Source: Candidatus Eiseniibacteriota bacterium (GTDB taxonomy: Bacteria > Eisenbacteria > RBG-16-71-46 > JABDJR01). Taken from it: a stretch of 64,000 bases of DNA. The notes beneath the pieces were generated by a model. That model was not told the DNA's origin. It saw only the letters and a list, made by a program, of their open reading frames with translations, and made no database searches. The DNA lies in the NCBI GenBank assembly GCA_963783375.1, contig CAWANH010000028.1:1696001-1760000 (forward strand). The letters run 5' to 3'. Within the stretch, counting starts at the first letter, position 1; each line of letters starts with the position of its first letter. A program made the translations under genes and the position numbers. Positions 56,222 through 64,000 of the stretch are shown piece after piece.

Positions 56222-57241
56222 TCAGCCGGTCGGGTTCCGCCGCGCCGTCTGGGAGTCGATCATCCAGCGCGGGTAGCGGGGCGCGGGCCGGCTCACCTCG
56301 TCGAGCGCGGCCAGGTCCTCCGGCGCCAGAGCGATCTCCGCCGCCCCGACGTCCTCCCCCAACTGCTCGATTCGCCGCGCCCCGACGATCACCGAGGTCA
56401 CCCCGGGCCGGACCAGGAGCCAGGCCAGGGCGGCCTGGGCGGGGGTGATTCCCCGGCGCTCGCCGACCTCGCGCAAGACGTCCAGAATCCGCCACCCCCG
56501 CTCCCGGTCGAAGGGCGGGAAGTCGGAGCCGGTGGTGTCCCACCGCGAGCCATCGGGAGGCGATTCGGCCTCCCGCCGGTACTTCCCGCTCAGGAACCCG
56601 CCGGCCAGGGGCGACCACACCAGGATCCCCACTCCGGCGTCCAGGCAGAACGGGGCCACCTCGTCCTCCAGGTCGCGCCCCACCAGGCTGTAGAACATCT
56701 GGGCGGAGACGAAGCGCTCGAATCCGCGGAGCGCGGCCACCCCGTCCGAGCGGGCCATCTGCCAGGCGGCGAGGTTGCTCATCCCCAGGTAGCGCACCTT
56801 CCCCTGGCGGACCAGGTCGGTGAGCGCGGAGAGGGTCTCCTCGATCGGGGTGAGGGAGTCCCAGCCGTGGATCTGGTAGAGGTCGATCCAGTCGGTGTCG
56901 AGCCGGCGGAGGCTCTCCTCCACCGAGGCCATGATGTGCGCGCGGGAGAGCCCCACCGCGTTCGGCCCGTCGCCCATCCGGCCGCGCACCTTGGTGGCCA
57001 GCACCACGTCCTTCCGGCGGGATCCGAGCGCCCGCCCGAGGAGGGTCTCCGCCTCTCCCCGTGCATAGACGTCGGCGGTGTCGAAGAGGTTCACCCCCGC
57101 GTCCAGGCAGCGCGACACCAGCCGGTCGGCTTGGGCCTGCTCCAGGCCCCCCAAATGCCACGGGTCGTCGCCGAAGGTCATCGCCCCGAACGCGATCTCG
57201 CTCACCAGGAGGCCGGTGGATCCCAGCGGTCGGTACTTCAC
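56222..57241 (-). CDS. Aldo/keto reductase
   Basis: RBS AAGGAG; LGSTGLLVS, FDTADVY, SLRRLDTDWIDLYQIH, GKVRYLGMSN, WSPLAGG. Confidence 0.93.
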   Translation of the reverse strand: MKYRPLGSTGLLVSEIAFGAMTFGDDPWHLGGLEQAQADRLVSRCLDAGVNLFDTADVYARGEAETLLGRALGSRRKDVVLATKVRGRMGDGPNAVGLSRAHIMASVEESLRRLDTDWIDLYQIHGWDSLTPIEETLSALTDLVRQGKVRYLGMSNLAAWQMARSDGVAALRGFERFVSAQMFYSLVGRDLEDEVAPFCLDAGVGILVWSPLAGGFLSGKYRREAESPPDGSRWDTTGSDFPPFDRERGWRILDVLREVGERRGITPAQAALAWLLVRPGVTSVIVGARRIEQLGEDVGAAEIALAPEDLAALDEVSRPAPRYPRWMIDSQTARRNPTG

Positions 57242-57341
57242 GGTCGCTCCTTCCCCATGGGTCGAGGGCCGATTGTAGCGAAAGAACGGGGGGTTGGTTA
57301 CAATGCGATCCGTCGCATTGTGGCTGACAAGGGGGAGATTG

Positions 57342-57770
57342 GTGAACGCAAAGACCTGGACGATGCGGGCGGCCGCGGTGGTGGTGCTTGGATCGGGATT
57401 GAACGCGTGTGGCGCCGGGGGCATGCCGAACCTCCCGCCCAGCTCCGACTATACGATCTCGGGGCAGGTGAAGGGAGACGACGGCTCGCCGCTGGCCTAC
57501 GCCAGCCTGGCCCTGGCCGGGAGCCCGCTCGGAACCCTCGCCGACGGCCAGGGGAACTTCGGATTCAACGGCGTCCGGTCCGGGAGCTACGGACTCACCG
57601 TCATCTACCTGGGCTTCCGGTCGAACGCGGTGCGGTTCACCCTTCCCGGCGCCTCCGACAGCACCGCCACCCTGAAGACGGCGCGCGATGCCGGGCTGGG
57701 ACCGGCCCTGGTGGACAGTCTGGGTCCGGTGACCGTCTCCTACCGGATCCGCGCGGCGGGGCAGCCATGA
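57342..57770 (+). CDS. Lipoprotein with carboxypeptidase-regulatory-like (Ig-like) domain
   Basis: RBS GGGGGAG; lipobox LNAC; ISGQVK..DGSPL.YASL...GTLADGQGNF...GSYGLTVIYLGF. Confidence 0.75.
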   Translation: MNAKTWTMRAAAVVVLGSGLNACGAGGMPNLPPSSDYTISGQVKGDDGSPLAYASLALAGSPLGTLADGQGNFGFNGVRSGSYGLTVIYLGFRSNAVRFTLPGASDSTATLKTARDAGLGPALVDSLGPVTVSYRIRAAGQP

Positions 57771-57830
57771 GCCGCGGCGCGCGCCCGCCGAGGCCTCGGA
57801 GGAGGCGGGCGGCGGGGGGCGGGTAATCGC

Positions 57831-59030
57831 ATGTCCGACACGCCGGCCTCCAACCCCGGGCTCGTCAAGTCCACGCTGATTCGCGAGCTGGTGGACCTGT
57901 CCCGGTTCACCGAGGGGATTCTTCGCACCATGGGGTCGGCGGTGGTGGCGGTGGACGACGGGGGGACGGTTACCTACGTGAACCCCGCCGCCGAGTCGCT
58001 TCTGGACCGTCCCGCGGCCGCGCTCCTCAACCGGCCCTCCGGGGAGGTGCTCCTGACCCGAAGCGGCGCCGGGCTGGTGGGCGACGTCGCCGGTGAAGCG
58101 GAAGGGGAGGTGGACCTGAAGCTCCACGACGGCCGCCTGGTCACCGTGGAGGCGCGGGTGAGCCGCCACCAGGGAAAGCGCGGCGAGGAGGAGGGGCTGG
58201 TGGTCATCCTCACCGACCGCACCGACGTGAAGCGGGCCGAAGAGGAATCGCGGCGGAAGGACCGGCTGGCCTCGTTGGGCGAGCTCTCGGCCGGGGTGGC
58301 CCACGAGATCCGGAACCCCCTGGCCGGGATCGCGGCCGGGGCGCAGCTCTTGAGATCGCGCCTGGAACCCGGGGACGATCGGGTGCGCCTGGCCGACATG
58401 ATCCTGGAGGAGGCGGCCCGGTTGGACCGCATCGTGGACAGCCTGCTCCATTTCGCCCGGCCTCCCCAGCCGCGTCTCCGGGAATCGAGCCTGGAGAAGT
58501 GCGTGGAGCGGTCGCTCAGGCTGGTGCGCGAGGAAGCTTCCCGGATCGGGGTGGAGGTGGCGTTCGAGGCCGCCGGCGACCTCCCGCGGCTCTGGATCGA
58601 CCCGGACCAGATGGAGCAGGTCGCCCTCAACCTGGTCAAGAACGCGCTTCAGGCCATGGAGGACGGAGGGGGATCGCTCCGGACGGGGGTCCGGAGGGTC
58701 TCCCGGCGGCCCTACGTCCGCCGGCGGGCGGGACGGCGGGACGAGGATCCCGACCGGCTTCCCGGGCCCCAGGGACCGCTGCAGGATTGGGTGGAGATGG
58801 AGATCACCGACACCGGCCAGGGCATTCCTCCCGGGGAAGTGGAGCACATCTTCAACCCGTTCTACACCACCCGGCGGCAGGGCACGGGTTTGGGGCTCTC
58901 GATCACCCAGGCCATCATCCAGGAGCACGGCGGGATGATCTCCATCTCCAGCGAGCCGGGCCGGGGAACCACGGTGCTGGTGGACCTTCCGGTGGAGAAG
59001 CGGCGGCGACGGCGGCGGGATGAGGCGTAA
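57831..59030 (+). CDS. Cytoplasmic PAS-domain sensor histidine kinase (AtoS/NtrB-like)
   Basis: PAS (YVNPAAE), GVAHEIRNPL, LNLVKNALQAM, DTGQGI, FNPFYTT, GTGLGL. Confidence 0.92.
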   Translation: MSDTPASNPGLVKSTLIRELVDLSRFTEGILRTMGSAVVAVDDGGTVTYVNPAAESLLDRPAAALLNRPSGEVLLTRSGAGLVGDVAGEAEGEVDLKLHDGRLVTVEARVSRHQGKRGEEEGLVVILTDRTDVKRAEEESRRKDRLASLGELSAGVAHEIRNPLAGIAAGAQLLRSRLEPGDDRVRLADMILEEAARLDRIVDSLLHFARPPQPRLRESSLEKCVERSLRLVREEASRIGVEVAFEAAGDLPRLWIDPDQMEQVALNLVKNALQAMEDGGGSLRTGVRRVSRRPYVRRRAGRRDEDPDRLPGPQGPLQDWVEMEITDTGQGIPPGEVEHIFNPFYTTRRQGTGLGLSITQAIIQEHGGMISISSEPGRGTTVLVDLPVEKRRRRRRDEA

Positions 59031-59096
59031 GCTCCCCTCCGCGCCCGCCGGACGGGACGTCCCGCAAACCGGAACGAACGGAGTGGAACCGAGAGC

Positions 59097-60512
59097 ATGA
59101 CACCGGAGGAACGACAGAACGAAGGCCGGAGCGCGGGGGTGCTCGTGGTGGACGACGAGCGCACGCTCCGGTTCACCCTGGCCGAGAGCCTGCGCGACGA
59201 GGGCTACCGGGCCTACGAGGCGGCCGACGGCTCCGAGGCCTTCGCCGCCCTCCGCGAGAAGGACGTGGACGTGGTGCTCCTCGACATGCGCCTCAAGGAG
59301 TCGGGGGAGGACGGCCTCACCATTCTCAAGAGCATCAAGAAGGATTACCCCGGGGTCGAGGTGGTGATGATGACCGCCTACGGCCGCTTCGACCACGCGG
59401 TGGAGGCCACCAAGAGCGGCTGTTTTCAGTTCGTGGGAAAACCCTTCCAGCTCGACCAGATCAAGCTGGTGGTGCGGGGGGCGATGGAGAACGCGTCGCT
59501 CCGGAAGGAAGTGGAGGTGCTCCGGCGGGGGAGCCCGGGGAGGTTCCCCACCGATCGGATCGTGGGGGAGAGCGTGGGCTTCCGCGAGGTTCTGGACACG
59601 GTGGAGAAGGTGGCGCGGAGCCGCACCACCGTGCTCCTCACCGGGGAGACCGGAACCGGCAAGGAGGTGGTGGCCCGCGCCGTCCATCGTTCCTCGGACG
59701 TGGCCGGCGGACCGTTCGTGGCGGTCAACTGCAGCGCGGTGCCCGAGAACCTCCTGGAGTCCGAGCTGTTCGGCTACGAGAAGGGTGCGTTCACCGACGC
59801 CAAGACCCGGAAGAAGGGCATGTTCGAGCTGGCCGACCGGGGGACGTTGTTCCTGGACGAGATCGGGGACATGGCGGGAGGGATCCAGTCCAAGCTCCTC
59901 CGGGTGCTGGAATCCGGGACCTTCAAGCGGCTGGGCGGCACCGGGGACATCACCGCGGACGTCCGGGTCGTGGCCGCCACCAACAAGGACCTGAAGAAGG
60001 AGGTGGCGGAGGGACGCTTCCGCGAGGATCTCTACTATCGCCTGGCGGTAATCCCCATCGCCATCCCTCCCCTGCGGGAACGCACCGAGGCCATCCTCCC
60101 CCTGGCCCGGTTCTTCCTGGATATCATGAACAAGGAGATGGGCCGAAGCGTCGAGGGCTTCACCCCCGAAGCCGAGCGGGCGATGCTGGGCTACCGCTGG
60201 CCGGGTAACGTGCGCGAGCTCAGGAACATGGTGGAGCGGGCGGTGCTGTTGAGCGGGGGGTCGATGATCGAGGTCTCGGAGCTTCCCCGCGACGTTCTCT
60301 CCACCGGGGGCGGCGCGCCTCCGGCGGATGCTCCGCCGGGCGAGGGAGGGATCTGGACCCTGGTCGATGCCGAGCGCTACGCCATCAAGCTCGCCCTGAA
60401 GCGGTTCGAGGGGAACAAGACCCGCGCCGCGGAGGCGCTGGGAGTTTCCCGTCAGACGCTTCGGGCCAAGGTGAAGGAATACGGGTTGGCCGAGGGGGCG
60501 GCGGCGGAGTAG
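59097..60512 (+). CDS. Sigma54-dependent response regulator (REC-AAA+-Fis HTH)
   Basis: [63 protein letters not shown]. Confidence 0.95.
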   Translation: MTPEERQNEGRSAGVLVVDDERTLRFTLAESLRDEGYRAYEAADGSEAFAALREKDVDVVLLDMRLKESGEDGLTILKSIKKDYPGVEVVMMTAYGRFDHAVEATKSGCFQFVGKPFQLDQIKLVVRGAMENASLRKEVEVLRRGSPGRFPTDRIVGESVGFREVLDTVEKVARSRTTVLLTGETGTGKEVVARAVHRSSDVAGGPFVAVNCSAVPENLLESELFGYEKGAFTDAKTRKKGMFELADRGTLFLDEIGDMAGGIQSKLLRVLESGTFKRLGGTGDITADVRVVAATNKDLKKEVAEGRFREDLYYRLAVIPIAIPPLRERTEAILPLARFFLDIMNKEMGRSVEGFTPEAERAMLGYRWPGNVRELRNMVERAVLLSGGSMIEVSELPRDVLSTGGGAPPADAPPGEGGIWTLVDAERYAIKLALKRFEGNKTRAAEALGVSRQTLRAKVKEYGLAEGAAAE

Positions 60513-60826
60513 GTCGCAGCGGGCCGGCCCGGCCGGTTCAGGGGGGCCGCTTCCCCAGGGGGATCGCGTCGGGGGCGCCTGGCGGCACGCCTCCCTCCCC
60601 CGGATGATCTCTTCCCGGCCCGGGCGGAAATTTGCCGGTCCGGAGCCGTCCGCCGGTCCTTCTCCTGCCCCTCACTCCCCCCACTCGGCTGAATTGGGCC
60701 GAATCCGCCACCGGGCTCCTATCTTCCATCCTTGCCGGAGAGTATCCGTCCAAACCGCCCGCCGGAACCAGGCAGGCGGGCGGTGTGCCCGGGTCCGGGC
60801 GGGGCCGTCCCGGATCGCAACGCCGC

Positions 60827-60842
60827 TGGCCTCCAATTTGCA
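60827..60842 (+). promoter_or_regulatory. Sigma54 (-24/-12) promoter of flhG-fliA
   Basis: TGGCCTCCAATTTGCA = TGGC...TTGCA with GG-N10-GC spacing. Confidence 0.7.
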
Positions 60843-60968
60843 TGAATCAACCCTCTGCGACCCGATGCGTCGGCCGATCGGCCGCCCCGGGTCCCCGAAT
60901 CAGGCGCTTCGGGCGGAGATCGGAGTCATCCGAACCGGCCGCCGGGAGCGAAGGGGGGAAGGACGGAC

Positions 60969-61937
60969 ATGCACTCCATGGACGGGATTGGCGAGAACGG
61001 CGGCACGACGGCGGCACGACGGCCACGGCTCAAGCTCGTGCCGGGCGGACGGCCCGGTGACGGGCTCGAGCCGGCGCCCCCGCTCCGGCCGGTTCGCACG
61101 GTGGCGGTGGCCAGCGGCAAGGGCGGGGTCGGGAAGACCAGCCTGACCGTGAACCTGGCCATGGCCCTGGCCGAACTCCAGCAGAGAGTGCTGGTGGTGG
61201 ACGGGGACCTCGGGCTCGGAAAGCTCGATCTCATGATCGGGGCCGCCCCGCGGTTTCACCTGGGGCACGTCCTGGCCGAGGAGTGCGACGTCACCGACGC
61301 CGTGATCACCGGGCCCCGCGGCGTGCGCTTCCTCCCCGGAGCCTGCGGCGGCGGCCAGCTCGCCGTGCTGGACCCGGTCCGCCGGCGCCGTTTCTTCGCG
61401 GCCCTGGACCGGTTCGCCGGCTCCACCGACGTGGTGCTCCTCGATCTCGCGCCCGGGATCGGTCCCAACGCCCTGGACCTGGCCCGCCACGCGGACGAGG
61501 TCCTGGTGGTCACCACCCCCGAACCCACCGCCTACGCCGACGCCTACACCGTGATCAAGATCCTTTCCACCCCGGGGGCGCTCCCGCCCCGGGTGGTGGT
61601 GAACCGGGCCCGGAGCGAGGAGGAGGCCCACGACACGTTCCTACGGCTTTCCGGCACCGCCAAACGCCACCTCGGGGTGGCCCCGGTCTTCTGGGGGCTG
61701 ATCCCCGAGGACGAGACGGTGGGCACCGCGGTGCGTCGCCAGATCCCCTTCACCTTGAGCTCCCCGGACACGCCGGCCAGCCGCCACGTGCGAACCCTGG
61801 CCTGGCGCTTGCTACGGGGAAGGACCCCGGACGGGGGCGATCGCGCACCCGTCCTCGACTCCCAGGGGGGCCCGAACGGCGGGCGCCCCGGACGCGGACC
61901 GTCGGTGAGCCGCCCGCGCCTTTGGGAGGCCGCGTGA
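60969..61937 (+). CDS. flhG: FlhG/FleN-like MinD-family ATPase
   Basis: VASGKGGVGKT, DGDLGLG, DLAPGIG, VTTPEPTAYADAY..IK, IPEDETVG.AVRRQIPF; directly upstream of fliA. Confidence 0.8.
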   Translation: MHSMDGIGENGGTTAARRPRLKLVPGGRPGDGLEPAPPLRPVRTVAVASGKGGVGKTSLTVNLAMALAELQQRVLVVDGDLGLGKLDLMIGAAPRFHLGHVLAEECDVTDAVITGPRGVRFLPGACGGGQLAVLDPVRRRRFFAALDRFAGSTDVVLLDLAPGIGPNALDLARHADEVLVVTTPEPTAYADAYTVIKILSTPGALPPRVVVNRARSEEEAHDTFLRLSGTAKRHLGVAPVFWGLIPEDETVGTAVRRQIPFTLSSPDTPASRHVRTLAWRLLRGRTPDGGDRAPVLDSQGGPNGGRPGRGPSVSRPRLWEAA

Positions 61938-61975
61938 CCCGAGCCCGGATGACTACCAAAAGGAGAGACCCCTCC

Positions 61976-62749
61976 ATGTCGACCCCGCGAGTTGCCGCCA
62001 CCGCCAAGCCCGATGTCGCCGCGCCGCCCGCCCTGTGGCGGAAACCCACCAAGGACGAGGCCTACCGTCGTTACGCCCCGCTCATGAAGTACGTGGTGGA
62101 TCGCGTCGCCTCCAACGTGCCCAAGTACGTGGAGCGCGACGACCTTCTGAACGCCGCCGCCCTGGGACTCTTCGACGCCCTGGAGAAGTACGACAGCGGG
62201 AAGGGAACCAAGTTCGAGACCTACGCGGTGTGGCGGATCCGGGGAGCGGTGCTGGACGAGCTTCGCGCCATGGACTGGGCCAGCCGCTCCATCCGGCGCA
62301 AGGCCCGCCACGTGGACACCCTGACCCGGGAACTCGATCAGCGCCTTGGTCGGGCAGCCAGCGACGACGAACTGGCCGAGGTCATGGACATCTCCTCCAC
62401 CGAGATGGCCCGGGTTCTGGAGGAAGTGCGGGGTGTGGTCCTGCTCTCCCTGAACCAGTCCTCCAGCGAGACCGACGACGGGCACTCCGGCGGCCTGGCC
62501 GAGGTCATCGAGGATCCCCATTCCGAGGACGCCCTGGACGAGATCGAGAAGCACCAGCTCTCCGATGTGCTGGTGGACGTGATCAGCGATCTCTCCGAAC
62601 AGGAGAAGCTCGTCCTGGCCCTCTACTACTACGAAGAGATGACCCTGAAGGAGATCGGCCAGACCCTGGGGATCTCCGAATCCCGGGTATCCCAGATCCA
62701 CACCAAGGCGATCTCCCGGCTCAAGGGCCGGATGCGCCGGGCCGCCTGA
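61976..62749 (+). CDS. fliA: FliA/WhiG family RNA polymerase sigma factor (sigma28)
   Basis: RBS AAAGGAG; KFETYAVWRIRGAVLDELRAMDW, LALYYYEEMTLKEIG..LGISESRVSQIH. Confidence 0.92.
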   Translation: MSTPRVAATAKPDVAAPPALWRKPTKDEAYRRYAPLMKYVVDRVASNVPKYVERDDLLNAAALGLFDALEKYDSGKGTKFETYAVWRIRGAVLDELRAMDWASRSIRRKARHVDTLTRELDQRLGRAASDDELAEVMDISSTEMARVLEEVRGVVLLSLNQSSSETDDGHSGGLAEVIEDPHSEDALDEIEKHQLSDVLVDVISDLSEQEKLVLALYYYEEMTLKEIGQTLGISESRVSQIHTKAISRLKGRMRRAA

Positions 62750-62773
62750 CCGGCCTCTCCGACGGGGGAATTC

Positions 62774-62789
62774 GGGCACGTAGCTTGCA
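62774..62789 (+). promoter_or_regulatory. Sigma54 (-24/-12) promoter
   Basis: GGGCACGTAGCTTGCA = GG-N10-GC with the CACG and TTGCA consensus bases. Confidence 0.7.
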
Positions 62790-62923
62790 AGATGCACGGT
62801 CGGGTGGGCAATCGACCCGCCCAAGTCCCAGTCGAATCGAGGGGGGGGAGTCCCGAGGCCGGCCAGGAGCCGGCCGCTCCCCGGTAAGATTTCGTCCAAT
62901 CGGCACCAGGGAGATGACACCAC

Positions 62924-64000
62924 ATGAAAACCGCCAAGAAGGCCGCGGCCAAGAAGACGACTCAGAAGAGCGCCCCCGGCAAGGGTACCGCCCAGAAGAC
63001 CGTCCGGGAGAAACTCGCGCTGGTGGAGAGCCTGGCCGGATTGGGGCTCCTGGACTCCGACACCGCCGCGCGGCTCCAGAAGAAGGCGGAATCCCTGGCC
63101 GAATCCGGCAAGGACATCCCCGCGCGGGCCACGGGATGGGACCGCGCGCTTCGGTCCGGTCTGGAGGGGTTCAAGGCCGCCGGAGGGGATGGGAACGTGG
63201 GGCACTCGCTCCAGGGGCTCATGGTCTGGCAGGGGAACCTGGCCGAGGCGCCGCCGGATCCCGCCGGGATCCACGCCGCCCTGACCGCCCTCAAGAAGGT
63301 GTTCCCTTACGACGGCGCGACCCTGTTCCTGCGCGACCCCGACCGCAAGACCGTTGATCCTCTTTTCAGCGTGGACCAGCCGGTGGACCTCATCAGTCGG
63401 ATCCGGTTCACCGAGGGAATGGGCTTCTCCTCCTGGGTGGCCTGTCGGCGGAAGCCGGTCCTCTACGGCTCCCTGCATCGGAACGAGGCCCCCGGATCGG
63501 AGCGGATGCGCTCCTTCATGGCGATTCCCCTGGTAGTGGGAACGGAGTGCGTGGGCGTTCTCAACTTCGGGCACACGGTCGACGGCGCGTACACCCCGGT
63601 CCATCTGCGGCTCGCCATCCTGGCCGGGGGCATGCTGGCCGGCCTCGTTCAGCGATTCGTGGCCCTGGGCCAGATCGCGGCCCGCGAGATCGCCGATCCG
63701 GTGACCGGCCTCGCCACGTCCCCCTATCTGCGGGCCCGCCTGGCCGAGGAGGTCGTGCGCTGCCGGGAGTTGGGGCATTCCATGAGCCTGGTCGCGTTCC
63801 GCCTGAACGAGTTGGACGAGCACGCCGAGCGCTTCGGCGGGGACTACCGGGAGCGCGTGCGGGTCGAGCTGGCCCGGATCGTCCAGGACTGGAAGGCCCC
63901 GGCCGAGATCGCCGGCTACGACAACGACGACCGGGTTCTGGTGCTCCTTCCCGCCACCCGGAGCGAACGGGCGGGTGAGCGGGCGGCGGCGCTCCAGGCC
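62924..64000 (+). CDS. GAF plus degenerate GGDEF domain protein, 3'-partial (absent from the ORF track because it has no stop in the window)
   Basis: Hand translation: MKTAKKAAAKK...; GAF (EGMGFSSWVA, SFMAIPLVVGTECVGVLNF); DPVTGL; AGYDNDDRVLVLLP at the GGDEF position. Confidence 0.8.
   Translation, partial: MKTAKKAAAKKTTQKSAPGKGTAQKTVREKLALVESLAGLGLLDSDTAARLQKKAESLAESGKDIPARATGWDRALRSGLEGFKAAGGDGNVGHSLQGLMVWQGNLAEAPPDPAGIHAALTALKKVFPYDGATLFLRDPDRKTVDPLFSVDQPVDLISRIRFTEGMGFSSWVACRRKPVLYGSLHRNEAPGSERMRSFMAIPLVVGTECVGVLNFGHTVDGAYTPVHLRLAILAGGMLAGLVQRFVALGQIAAREIADPVTGLATSPYLRARLAEEVVRCRELGHSMSLVAFRLNELDEHAERFGGDYRERVRVELARIVQDWKAPAEIAGYDNDDRVLVLLPATRSERAGERAAALQA

Noticed and set aside
47557-60512. 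GAFTDA instead of GAFTGA as evidence that the two activators are sigma54-independent
   Set aside because: The critical F and T residues are retained, GAFTDA is a common variant, and sigma54 motifs flank both genes.
352-63823. Many long antisense or alternate-frame ORFs (e.g. 6878-9700, 7240-9951, 10124-12697, 56088-59687, 61544-63823)
   Set aside because: Shadow ORFs caused by stop-codon scarcity in high-GC DNA; they have no motifs and overlap well-supported genes.

Overview
High-GC (~70%) bacterial chromosomal segment with no rRNA, tRNA, CRISPR array or mobile element. Three FlgD/T9SS-like C-terminal domains suggest an FCB-group candidate lineage such as Eisenbacteria (inference). The window has four blocks. 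(1) 1-4.7 kb: a molybdo-flavoenzyme (xanthine dehydrogenase/PaoBC-like) operon with two G-run frameshifts, an NCS2 permease and YjbQ. (2) 4.7-21 kb: secreted proteins and peptide catabolism (HExxH metalloprotease plus small partner, OPT transporter, tricorn protease, M14 peptidase). (3) 21.4-45 kb: a near-complete dcw cluster (mraZ to ftsZ), then a TPR gene, rpmB and recG. Its oddities are DnaA-box-like sites at the promoter, a STAS gene inserted between mraZ and rsmH, no ddl, and MurG apparently fused, across a C-run frameshift, to a ~325-aa charged disordered tail. (4) 45-64 kb: a signalling region. It holds two PAS-kinase/sigma54-activator pairs, four sigma54-type promoter motifs and an orphan flhG-fliA pair without flhF. 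It also holds a degenerate GAF-GGDEF protein, a Zn-ribbon protein with a possible RomX-like domain, and an orphan MglA GTPase with a long tail preceded by a near-consensus sigma28 promoter. The best candidate for a new system is this sigma54 -> FlhG/FliA(sigma28) -> MglA polarity-like cascade. All family assignments come from motif recognition; no searches were run.
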